Notes under the pieces: model-generated
What the model was told of the DNA's origin: nothing
Database searches by the model: none
The model's input: the letters and a program-made list of their open reading frames with translations, nothing else
Part shown: in pieces, positions 56,066 through 64,000 of the stretch
How positions within the stretch are numbered: position 1 is the first letter of the stretch
Layout: every line of letters starts with the position of its first letter
Position numbers and translations under genes: made by a program
Assembly (NCBI GenBank): GCA_003331605.1
Contig: QOPD01000001.1
Span: 147,936 to 211,935 of the forward strand
Source: SAR86 cluster bacterium
GTDB lineage: Bacteria > Pseudomonadota > Gammaproteobacteria > Magnimaribacterales > TMED112
Reading direction: 5' to 3'
DNA length: 64,000 nt

Positions 56066-57273
56066 CTTTTACGCTTCGATTTTAGCAGTCTTATTTTTTT
56101 ATCGTAATTAGCAGTTTTAAATTCAGTCCACCAATTGATTCTTTCTTCTAAGTCAGGCTCTAGTTGTTTTCGAATAAGTAGGAAATCATAGGCTGCTCTA
56201 AAGCGTAAACTTTGAGAGAAGCTTATAGATTTTTTACCTATTTTATTGAACCTTATTTGATACATCCAGACGTCTTTAATAAAGCTTGTGAATCTTCTTG
56301 GTATTGCAGTAATTAATTGTTGTCTTCTAATAACATTGGCAGTAGTTTGGTAGAACTTTCTAAAGTTTATCTTTGTCTCAATTTCCGATTCTTCAAATAC
56401 TTTAGGCCAAAGCAACGTAGCAAATAAGAAACCAGGATTAAGTTTTTTATTTTGCTCAAACCGGTTATCGGTATTCCTGAAAGCATTTGTAAAGAAAGTA
56501 TCATACCTCTCATTATTTAAGTTGGTGTGTGGAAAGAGGATTTGCAAAACTCCAAATTCTTTCAGCAAGCTATATGAATTCTCACTGTGACCCAATAGAA
56601 ATAGTTTCGCTATTTCTTCGTACACCCTTGCTGGAGGCATATCTGCAATTTGAGCTCTATATTTTTTAATTGCTAGGAGGGCTCTTTTTTCAATTTTAAA
56701 ATTTAATTTTGCGGCAAACCTTATTGCTCTAAGAATCCTGACGGGATCCTCCATAATTCGCTGCTCTGGATCGCCAATAAATTTAATGACTTTGGACTTA
56801 AGATCTTTAATTCCTGCTGTGTAATCGATAATTTCCTTTGAGAAGGGGTCGTAATAGATAGAGTTAATAGTAAAGTCTCTTCGAAAAACATCCTCCTCTT
56901 GTGTACCCCACACATTATCTCGCAAGATCCTACCACCATCATTAATCTGCATTGAATCATCGTTGCTATCCTTTCCAGATCTAAAGGTTGTAGTCTCGAT
57001 TATTTCGTTTGGAAAAGCGATATGGACAAGTTGAAACCTCCTGCCAATTATTCTTGAATTCTTGAATAATTTTCTAATTTCTTCTGGCTGGCAATTGGTA
57101 GCTATATCAAAATCTTTTGGTTGAATACCTTTTATTAGATCTCTAATTCCGCCCCCTACAATATAGGCATCAAACCCTTTTTTTTGTAGCTTATCTATTA
57201 CTCCGAGGGCATTTTTTGAAAGCTGATCAGAATTTACACCAAATCTTTTTTCACTGTAAATTTGAGGAGCCAC
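56062..57273 (-). CDS. pcnB: Poly(A) polymerase I
   Basis: VGGGIRDL, PKDFDIAT, IIGRRF, RRDFTIN, EDPVRILRAIRF and FRAAYDFL motifs. Confidence 0.95.
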   Translation of the reverse strand: MAPQIYSEKRFGVNSDQLSKNALGVIDKLQKKGFDAYIVGGGIRDLIKGIQPKDFDIATNCQPEEIRKLFKNSRIIGRRFQLVHIAFPNEIIETTTFRSGKDSNDDSMQINDGGRILRDNVWGTQEEDVFRRDFTINSIYYDPFSKEIIDYTAGIKDLKSKVIKFIGDPEQRIMEDPVRILRAIRFAAKLNFKIEKRALLAIKKYRAQIADMPPARVYEEIAKLFLLGHSENSYSLLKEFGVLQILFPHTNLNNERYDTFFTNAFRNTDNRFEQNKKLNPGFLFATLLWPKVFEESEIETKINFRKFYQTTANVIRRQQLITAIPRRFTSFIKDVWMYQIRFNKIGKKSISFSQSLRFRAAYDFLLIRKQLEPDLEERINWWTEFKTANYDKKIRLLKSKRKR

Positions 57274-58256
57274 TAATCTCTCTTAAAGTTTGTAACTATC
57301 TCAGTATATTTTACTTTCGATAATCTAGGACTCTTCTCTTGAACAATAATGGAGGACGCATAGTTTCCAAATTCACAAGCATGAAAAAAACTTTCACCTT
57401 CAATGATTTTATGAAGTGTGGAACCAGCAAATATATCGCCCGCTCCGTTTGAGTCAATTGCCTTAACCTCAAATGGGCTCAATTGTTTAAATTGTCCGTT
57501 GGAAAATACTGTTGATGGCTTCGATCCATTGGTCACAACAAAATTATTAGTTATTTGTTTTAAGCTATCCTCAAAATTATCACCAACTAAAGATTTTGCC
57601 TCTTCTAAATTACAAAACAAATAATCAATACGTTTAAGTTCCAGAATTTTCTCAACACGATCCCTGAAATTTTCAATGACAAATGGGTCAGATAAACTAA
57701 AAGCAAATTTTACTTCTTGGTTCGTAGATTCAAGTATAGAAACAAAAGCCTCGAAATTTTCAGAAGAAGTTAACTGATATCCCTCTGAGAAAATTATCTT
57801 AGAGTTGTTTATATGATCAATGAACCCAGTATCAAACTTTAACTGTTCCGAAGCTCCTAGATATGTCCCCATCGTTCTTTCACTATTCGGCGTTATCAAT
57901 ACCAAGCATCTGCCAGTTTTAAAGTTGTTATGTCGAAATTGATTTAGAGAAATTATGCCATTGTCTATTAGATCTTTTTCATAGACTTGTCCCATTGCAT
58001 CATCACCTAGTTGGCAAATATGCCCACACACTGAACCATAATTTGCAGCTGCTGCAAGGCTATTAGTTGTCGACCCACCACACACTATTTCAGCTGCATT
58101 ATTCTTTTGGGCTGATGAAATTATTGTCTCTTGCTGTTCGTGGGTAACTGGATGAAAGTGATTAAATGGCAAACCAGTTGAGTCTACAAAATCCCTACTT
58201 ACATAATAGGTTTCATCAACCAATGCATTACCAACTCCGACGATATCAAATTTCAT
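57273..58256 (-). CDS. PfkB-family (adenosine-like) kinase
   Basis: VGNALVD, GGSTTNS, NSERTMGTYLGA and DSNGAGDIFAG motifs. Confidence 0.92.
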   Translation of the reverse strand: MKFDIVGVGNALVDETYYVSRDFVDSTGLPFNHFHPVTHEQQETIISSAQKNNAAEIVCGGSTTNSLAAAANYGSVCGHICQLGDDAMGQVYEKDLIDNGIISLNQFRHNNFKTGRCLVLITPNSERTMGTYLGASEQLKFDTGFIDHINNSKIIFSEGYQLTSSENFEAFVSILESTNQEVKFAFSLSDPFVIENFRDRVEKILELKRIDYLFCNLEEAKSLVGDNFEDSLKQITNNFVVTNGSKPSTVFSNGQFKQLSPFEVKAIDSNGAGDIFAGSTLHKIIEGESFFHACEFGNYASSIIVQEKSPRLSKVKYTEIVTNFKRD

Positions 58257-59541
58257 TTTTTATTTTTTTGAATACCTTGTGAGCTATTTTAGCTGTTTTT
58301 GAAAGTTGTTCCTCTGAATGTTCGGTTGACAGAAAACAGCTTTCAAACGCTGATGGCGGAAGATAGACATTTTCTTTTAGCATGCCTTTAAAAAATTGAG
58401 TGAACATACCAATTTCTGATCTCTGCACATCTTCAAAGTTTTTTGGCAATCTATCTGCAAAGAAGTAACCAAACATGCCTCCTCGAATATTTGTAGAAAA
58501 AGGTATGCCAGCTTCTGCAGCAAAGTCTGATAACTCTTTTAAGAATTGACTTCCTTTGTGCTCTAATCTTTTATAGAGATTTTTGTCTTTAAGTTGTTTG
58601 AGCAAAGCTGTGCCTGCACTTACAGCTATTGGGTTGCCTGATAATGTACCAGCTTGATAGACTGGACCATCGGGAGCAATATAACTCATAATTTCTGTTC
58701 TACCGCCATACACCCCAACGGGTAGGCCTCCGCCAACTATCTTACCTAACGCCGTGAGGTCAGGTGTAATATTAAATAATTCTTGAGCACCGCCCCTTGA
58801 AACTCTAAACCCTGTCATAACCTCATCAAATATAAGCAAGGATTGACTCCTTTTACAGAGACTATCTACTTCTTGCAAAAAACTTTCGTCTGGCTCAATG
58901 AATCCCATATTACCTGCAATAGGTTCAATTATGACTGCAGCAATTTGATCTTTGTAAGTTTTAAATGCCTCTTGGATGTCACTGACTGAATTGTATGGCA
59001 GAGAAATTGTCAGTTTGGATAACTCTTCAGGAATTCCGGGTGAATCTGGGATCCCAAGTGTGGCAACTCCAGACCCTGCTTTAACTAGTAAGGAATCTAC
59101 GTGCCCATGATAGCAGCCTGTAAACTTGATAATCAGTTTGCGATTCGTAAAACCTCTAGCAAGCCTAATGCAACTCATGGTTGCTTCAGTGCCCGAATTA
59201 ACCATTCTTATTTTTTCCATACTTGGAAAGTACGATTTAATGATTTTTGCAATTTCGAGTTCGTTTTTAGTAGGTGCACCAAAACTTATACCCTTGCTAG
59301 CTTGCTTCTTTATTGCGTTAATGATGTTTTTATTGGAGTGCCCTAAAACCATTGGCCCCCAAGAACCAACAAAATCAAGATACTTGTTACCGTCTTCATC
59401 ATATAGATAGCATCCTCTAGCTTTCTTAAAAAAGATTGGACTACCTCCAACACTTTTAAATGCTCTTACTGGTGAATTAACTCCGCCGGCTATGTACTCT
59501 TTAGATTTTTTAAATAATGATTCTGAATTTTTTGTTTTCAT
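58246..59541 (-). CDS. hemL: Glutamate-1-semialdehyde 2,1-aminomutase
   Basis: GGVNSPVRAF, SWGP, NSGTEA, GCYHGH, FDEVMTGFR, GKIVGGG and GTLSGNP motifs. Confidence 0.98.
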   Translation of the reverse strand: MKTKNSESLFKKSKEYIAGGVNSPVRAFKSVGGSPIFFKKARGCYLYDEDGNKYLDFVGSWGPMVLGHSNKNIINAIKKQASKGISFGAPTKNELEIAKIIKSYFPSMEKIRMVNSGTEATMSCIRLARGFTNRKLIIKFTGCYHGHVDSLLVKAGSGVATLGIPDSPGIPEELSKLTISLPYNSVSDIQEAFKTYKDQIAAVIIEPIAGNMGFIEPDESFLQEVDSLCKRSQSLLIFDEVMTGFRVSRGGAQELFNITPDLTALGKIVGGGLPVGVYGGRTEIMSYIAPDGPVYQAGTLSGNPIAVSAGTALLKQLKDKNLYKRLEHKGSQFLKELSDFAAEAGIPFSTNIRGGMFGYFFADRLPKNFEDVQRSEIGMFTQFFKGMLKENVYLPPSAFESCFLSTEHSEEQLSKTAKIAHKVFKKIKNEI

Positions 59542-59681
59542 ACAAAAGTTTCTATTTTACAGATTTTATCTTTTTGGTAGAAAGATAGCATCACAACTTG
59601 CCACTATATTGGCTTTGATGGTTTGTCTATTTATATGATTTAATCACCTAATAGCAATACTTAATTGGTTAGACATCACAT

Positions 59682-60101
59682 TTATTGCCACTTAAAAACC
59701 GATAAAAAAACAATCGGAATTAGAATAAGCACAACAACTTCATTAATAACTTTATAGTGAAGAACGGTTCTGATTTTCAGCTGTTTTTGTCTGGTGTGCT
59801 CAATAAATAAGAAAATATTGTATAACACCAACAAACCTACCAATGCCAGCTTAGCTTTAAACCAAAATGTCTCCAAAAGCATCAAGGATTGAGCCAACAT
59901 AAGTGCACCAAAAACAATGCCAAGCAAACCTAAAGGAGAAGTAAAATAGAGCAATCTTTTTTGCTGCTCAATATAAACAGAGGTATTCTTTCTTGCGTTA
60001 TCTTCAGCAACATAAACAAATAATCTTGGGATATAAAACAATCCAGCCATCCAAGAAATTATCAGGATTATGTGCAGTGATTTAAAAACCAAGTAATCCA
60101 T
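59682..60101 (-). CDS. hemJ: Protoporphyrinogen IX oxidase HemJ (CopD family)
   Basis: KSLHI...ISWMAGLFYIPRLFVY and INEV motifs; likely start 60101. Confidence 0.88.
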   Translation of the reverse strand: MDYLVFKSLHIILIISWMAGLFYIPRLFVYVAEDNARKNTSVYIEQQKRLLYFTSPLGLLGIVFGALMLAQSLMLLETFWFKAKLALVGLLVLYNIFLFIEHTRQKQLKIRTVLHYKVINEVVVLILIPIVFLSVFKWQ

Positions 60102-60146
60102 AAATAAATTATAAGAGATAAAGTAATCTGCTAAAATTATAACCTT

Positions 60147-60494
60147 ATGAGCTTCCAATCTAAAAAAGCAAATCCATTCGAGCTTTCATCCACCGCTGTG
60201 GAGAAAATCGTTAATCTGTCTGAACAGGAAAATGGCAAATACTTTCGTGTTTATATCACAGGGGGAGGTTGTTCCGGCTTTCAGTATGGCTTCAAGTTTG
60301 ATGACTACGATCAAGAGGAAGATTCAATGCTTAATTTTGACCATGGTATAAAGGTTCTTTTAGATGAGTTATCTTATCCCTACATTCTCGGCTCAAAAAT
60401 AGATTACATTGAAGACCTAATGGGTGCTAAATTTACGGTCAGCAACCCTAATGCTAAATCCACATGCGGATGTGGTGCATCATTTTCTATTTAA
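60147..60494 (+). CDS. erpA: Fe-S cluster insertion protein ErpA
   Basis: RVYITGGGCSGFQYGF and NPNAKSTCGCGASF motifs. Confidence 0.93.
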   Translation: MSFQSKKANPFELSSTAVEKIVNLSEQENGKYFRVYITGGGCSGFQYGFKFDDYDQEEDSMLNFDHGIKVLLDELSYPYILGSKIDYIEDLMGAKFTVSNPNAKSTCGCGASFSI

Positions 60495-61458
60495 ATATTA
60501 CGCCTAAATTTTTATGGGCTAGATAGGCAAAAGCAGCAGCTTCCATATACTTTGGAGGTAAAATGTTTTCCGACGTTTCAAATTTACCCAATTTGTTGGC
60601 TATTGTTTTCATGATGGCCTTATTAAATACCCCTCCACCATGAAAAATTACTGTTCCTGGTCGATTGCAGTATAAATAAAATTCATAAATTTTTGTTGCG
60701 GTAAGTTCTACCAGTGTGGCAAGTCGGTCGGGAATACCAATAACAGGATTTTCATCAATATGATGCATAAGAGAAGTGTAAAGGCTAATGTCATCGGCTC
60801 TCGGATAATCCAAATTTAACAAGGCATTTTCAAGTTTGGCAAGCAGGTTTAAGTCGACTTTTCCGGTACTTGCTAACTTACCATCTTCATCAAAACTTCC
60901 TAAGTGATTATCTGTCATTACCCTATCCATTAAGCAATTTCCAGGCCCAATATCGCTACCAATATCAATTGAATTATTCTTTAGATAGGTACCATTTGAA
61001 ATGCCACCAATGTTAACAATTAATACTTTATCGAATAATGAACCATAAAGATATTGATGAAAGATTGGGATTAAAGGGGCGCCTCTGCCACCTCTATTTA
61101 TGTCTGCATTTCTAAAGTCAGAATGCACAGGTAAACCGATTTTTTTTGTTATGTAATTAGGGTCTCCTGCCTGAACACTTTTCTTATCACTGTGCGAGAT
61201 AGTTTGTCCTGAAAAAGCAATACCAGCTATATCCTCTGTGTTAACCCCAGACCTATCCATCAAAACTTTGATAAGTTCTACACTTTTTTCACTGATGTGT
61301 TTTTCAACGAAATTTTGATCATTTGAGGTTTTATATTCTTTATCGAAGCTAATAGTTTCACCTTGAAGAAAATTAAAACCATCTTCAAAGCTTACCAAAC
61401 AACCATCAAGAGAATCTCTGCTGGTTCCAGACATTAGACCAATATATTTTTGTGTCAT
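60487..61458 (-). CDS. anmK: Anhydro-N-acetylmuramic acid kinase
   Basis: IGLMSGTSRD, GGRGAPL, NIGGISN, GPGN, GGGVFN and EAAAFA motifs. Confidence 0.93.
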   Translation of the reverse strand: MTQKYIGLMSGTSRDSLDGCLVSFEDGFNFLQGETISFDKEYKTSNDQNFVEKHISEKSVELIKVLMDRSGVNTEDIAGIAFSGQTISHSDKKSVQAGDPNYITKKIGLPVHSDFRNADINRGGRGAPLIPIFHQYLYGSLFDKVLIVNIGGISNGTYLKNNSIDIGSDIGPGNCLMDRVMTDNHLGSFDEDGKLASTGKVDLNLLAKLENALLNLDYPRADDISLYTSLMHHIDENPVIGIPDRLATLVELTATKIYEFYLYCNRPGTVIFHGGGVFNKAIMKTIANKLGKFETSENILPPKYMEAAAFAYLAHKNLGVIFK

Positions 61459-62693
61459 TATATGCCTGAGAGGTTTGCAATAAGTTGCGTTCTTCGCTCA
61501 GCAAGCTGATCAAAATATTCTTTATTGTAAGAGTTTATGGATTGAGCATTTGGTGGTTCGACTTTAACTGGATCTGTATGTTTCCCATTAATATGGAATT
61601 CATAGTGCAGATGAGGCCCTGTTGCAAGACCTGTGGAGCCTACATAGCCAATTGTTTGTCCTTGTTCAACCTTTGCTCCTTTTTTTATGCCCTTTGCAAA
61701 ATTATTTAGATGAGCATACCTGGTCATGTATTTATTGAAATGCATGACATCAATATGATAACCATAGGAATCTGAGTAAGACGCATTTTTAATTACACCA
61801 TCTCCAGTGACCTTCACAGCTGTCCCAGTTTTTGCGGCATAGTCTGTCCCTTTATGTGCTCTTATGGTGTTAAGAATAGGATGCTTTCTTTTTGGATTGT
61901 AATGCGAGCTAATGCGAGCAAATTCAATTGGAGTTCTGAGAAAAGCTTTTCTAATGTTAGAACTGTCTAATGAGTAGTAATCTTTTTTTCCTCTTTGGGT
62001 AAATCTTATAACCGACAGCTTCTCACCTTTATTAATAAAATCTGCGGCCAAAATATCACCATAGGCAATCAGTTTCCCAGCTGAATAGATATTTTCATAA
62101 AGAATTTTTACCTTATCCCCATTTCTTATATCAAAGGCATAATCAATGTCCCAGCCAAAGATATAAACTAGATCACCAAGAACACTATCAGGCACACCTG
62201 CTTTTTTACCAGATGCATATAGTGAATCGGTAATAATAAACTCTCTAAAATATGCAACCCGCTCTAAATTTTCTTTTTCTTTTTCAAATAGGTATTCTTG
62301 GCCTTTCACTTTTAGGACATCTACATAGAAATCCTCATCAAATGTTTTAATTTGAATTTCACCATTCAGCTTCTCAATAAAAAGTTCGTCGTTAATTCTT
62401 AATTTAGTAAAATCCTTAACTTGTTTATCTGCTGCAATTTCATTAATTAGTACTGAATCTACTCCTAATTTAATGAGGATGGAGTAAAAGGTATCACCCT
62501 CTTTAATTTTAACTTTAGATTCACTTGGTAATTGAAAATCATCCATATCACTGCTGGCGGTAAAAACTAATGGTGTAATTTCCTCAGTTGAATCTGTTTT
62601 TCTAAAATCAACATCAGCCGCGAGCAGAAATATAAGGGAAACTGGCAATAACAGTATGCTCAGAAATAATTTAAAATGAGAGCCAACGTACAT
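61458..62693 (-). CDS. M23 family peptidoglycan endopeptidase (MepM/OapA-like)
   Basis: RISSHYNPKRKHPI, HKGTDYA, RYAHL and TGPHLHYEF motifs. Confidence 0.93.
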   Translation of the reverse strand: MYVGSHFKLFLSILLLPVSLIFLLAADVDFRKTDSTEEITPLVFTASSDMDDFQLPSESKVKIKEGDTFYSILIKLGVDSVLINEIAADKQVKDFTKLRINDELFIEKLNGEIQIKTFDEDFYVDVLKVKGQEYLFEKEKENLERVAYFREFIITDSLYASGKKAGVPDSVLGDLVYIFGWDIDYAFDIRNGDKVKILYENIYSAGKLIAYGDILAADFINKGEKLSVIRFTQRGKKDYYSLDSSNIRKAFLRTPIEFARISSHYNPKRKHPILNTIRAHKGTDYAAKTGTAVKVTGDGVIKNASYSDSYGYHIDVMHFNKYMTRYAHLNNFAKGIKKGAKVEQGQTIGYVGSTGLATGPHLHYEFHINGKHTDPVKVEPPNAQSINSYNKEYFDQLAERRTQLIANLSGI

Positions 62694-62721
62694 GTTCTGA
62701 TATTATATATAAAGCTTCGTT

Positions 62722-63915
62722 ATGGATTACAAAAAACAACTGCAAATTATAAAACAAGGCATAGATGAAATCATAGGTGAAGATGATCTTGTTCAAAAGC
62801 TCAAAGATAAGAAAATTCTTACAATTAAAGTCGGATTTGACCCTACTGCACCAGATCTACACTTAGGCCATACAGTAATCCTCAGAAAAATGCGCCAATT
62901 TCAGGATTTAGGCCATAAAGTTATTTTCCTTATTGGTGATTTTACTGGAAGAATTGGTGACCCAAGTGGAAAAAATAAAACCAGACCTCCATTAACCGAT
63001 AATGAAATAAAAGAAAATGCTCAAACCTACAAAGACCAAGTCTATAAAGTACTTGATCCACAAAAAACAATTGTTGATTTCAATTCTAGGTGGGGAGACA
63101 GTATGTCAGCTGCTGATATGATCAAACTTGCAGCGCAATCCACAGTGGCAAGAATGATTGAACGTGATGATTTCTCAAAAAGATATAAAAATAACCAACC
63201 AATCTCAATACATGAATTCTTATACCCTCTAATGCAAGGTTATGATTCCGTGGAGCTTGAAGCAGATATCGAGCTGGGAGGTACCGACCAAAAATTTAAT
63301 TTATTGGTGGGGCGTGACCTTCAAAGAAATAGCGACATCTCACCTCAAACTATTATTACTTTGCCTTTGTTAGAAGGTCTTGATGGTGTAAAAAAGATGT
63401 CAAAAAGTGAGCAAAATTATATTGGCATAACTGAGAGTGCCGATGAGATTTTTGGCAAGACTATGTCTATCTCAGATGAGATTATGTTTAAGTGGTTCGA
63501 TGTTCTTAGTCTTCGCCCACCCTCAGACATCGATGGCTTAAAAAAGAGCATTGATAATGGCGCCAACCCAAGAGATGCAAAAATAGAACTAGCTTATGAG
63601 CTTGCAGAAAGATTTACTTCCAGAAAAGATGCAGAAGAGGCTAAAGAAAATTTCTTTAAAAAGTTTGCTAAAAATGAGTTGCCCACCAATATCGAAGAAA
63701 AAGAAATTCCGTTTTCAGGCGAACTTGCATTGCCAAATATCCTTAAGGATCTAGGTATGGTAACAAGCACATCTGAGGCATTGCGTCTGATCAAACAAGG
63801 AGCAGTTAAAATCGATCAAAATAAAGTAGAATCTAAAGATTTTAAGATTGAGCAAAATAAAAAGACTCTCATCCAGGTTGGGAAAAAGAAGTTTATTTAT
63901 TTAAGTCTTATTTAA
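62722..63915 (+). CDS. tyrS: Tyrosine--tRNA ligase
   Basis: [36 protein letters not shown] motifs and a C-terminal S4 domain. Confidence 0.98.
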   Translation: MDYKKQLQIIKQGIDEIIGEDDLVQKLKDKKILTIKVGFDPTAPDLHLGHTVILRKMRQFQDLGHKVIFLIGDFTGRIGDPSGKNKTRPPLTDNEIKENAQTYKDQVYKVLDPQKTIVDFNSRWGDSMSAADMIKLAAQSTVARMIERDDFSKRYKNNQPISIHEFLYPLMQGYDSVELEADIELGGTDQKFNLLVGRDLQRNSDISPQTIITLPLLEGLDGVKKMSKSEQNYIGITESADEIFGKTMSISDEIMFKWFDVLSLRPPSDIDGLKKSIDNGANPRDAKIELAYELAERFTSRKDAEEAKENFFKKFAKNELPTNIEEKEIPFSGELALPNILKDLGMVTSTSEALRLIKQGAVKIDQNKVESKDFKIEQNKKTLIQVGKKKFIYLSLI

Positions 63916-63927
63916 TAGGGGAGAGCT

Positions 63928-64000
63928 ATCAGTAATAAAGCATATGATTATTTAATTTTTGGTGCCAGTGGGTTCACAGGACGATTGGTCGCTGAGTATT
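63928..64000 (+). CDS. Saccharopine dehydrogenase-like NAD(P)-binding oxidoreductase, 3' partial, apparent ATC start
   Basis: ATC AGT AAT AAA GCA TAT GAT... reads (M)SNKAYDYLIFGASGFTGRLVAEY, a Rossmann GxxGFTG motif; SD-like GGGGAG upstream; runs off the window. Confidence 0.7.
   Translation, partial: MSNKAYDYLIFGASGFTGRLVAEY

Noticed and set aside
3571-63794. Many 60-175 aa ORF-track entries nested antisense or out of frame in real genes (e.g. 3571-4017, 6512-6877, 11332-11679, 21632-22156, 27759-28061, 36070-36369)
   Set aside because: They overlap well-supported genes, have no recognisable motifs, and show the S/I/P-rich composition typical of antisense shadows.

Overview
AT-rich, densely packed bacterial chromosome segment with many overlapping genes and very short spacers. 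Gene content and order (lgt-thyA-folA, mutY-yggX, ubiC-ubiA beside rubredoxin, gmk-rpoZ-spoT, rph-pyrE, erpA/anmK/M23/tyrS) indicate a streamlined gammaproteobacterium, probably marine and SAR86-like (inference, no database search). It holds about 65 CDSs, mostly housekeeping, plus tRNA-Phe(GAA). I found no mobile element or CRISPR array. The main signal is four copies of a glnA-type glutamine riboswitch aptamer in two minus-strand tandems. One tandem (22222-22340) precedes glnA, which has no adjacent ntrBC. The other (13923-14024) precedes an unannotated 43-aa, strongly basic ORF (13769-13900) that has its own sigma70-like promoter, a hairpin-occluded RBS and an intrinsic terminator. This is a candidate RNA-controlled nitrogen circuit resembling cyanobacterial gifB/IF17. 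Other points: a missed ZapB-like gene, a probable ATC start codon, signs of widespread leaderless transcription, a CinA-NadD-like fusion, a probable Na+-PPase and an enzyme/pseudoenzyme amidohydrolase pair.
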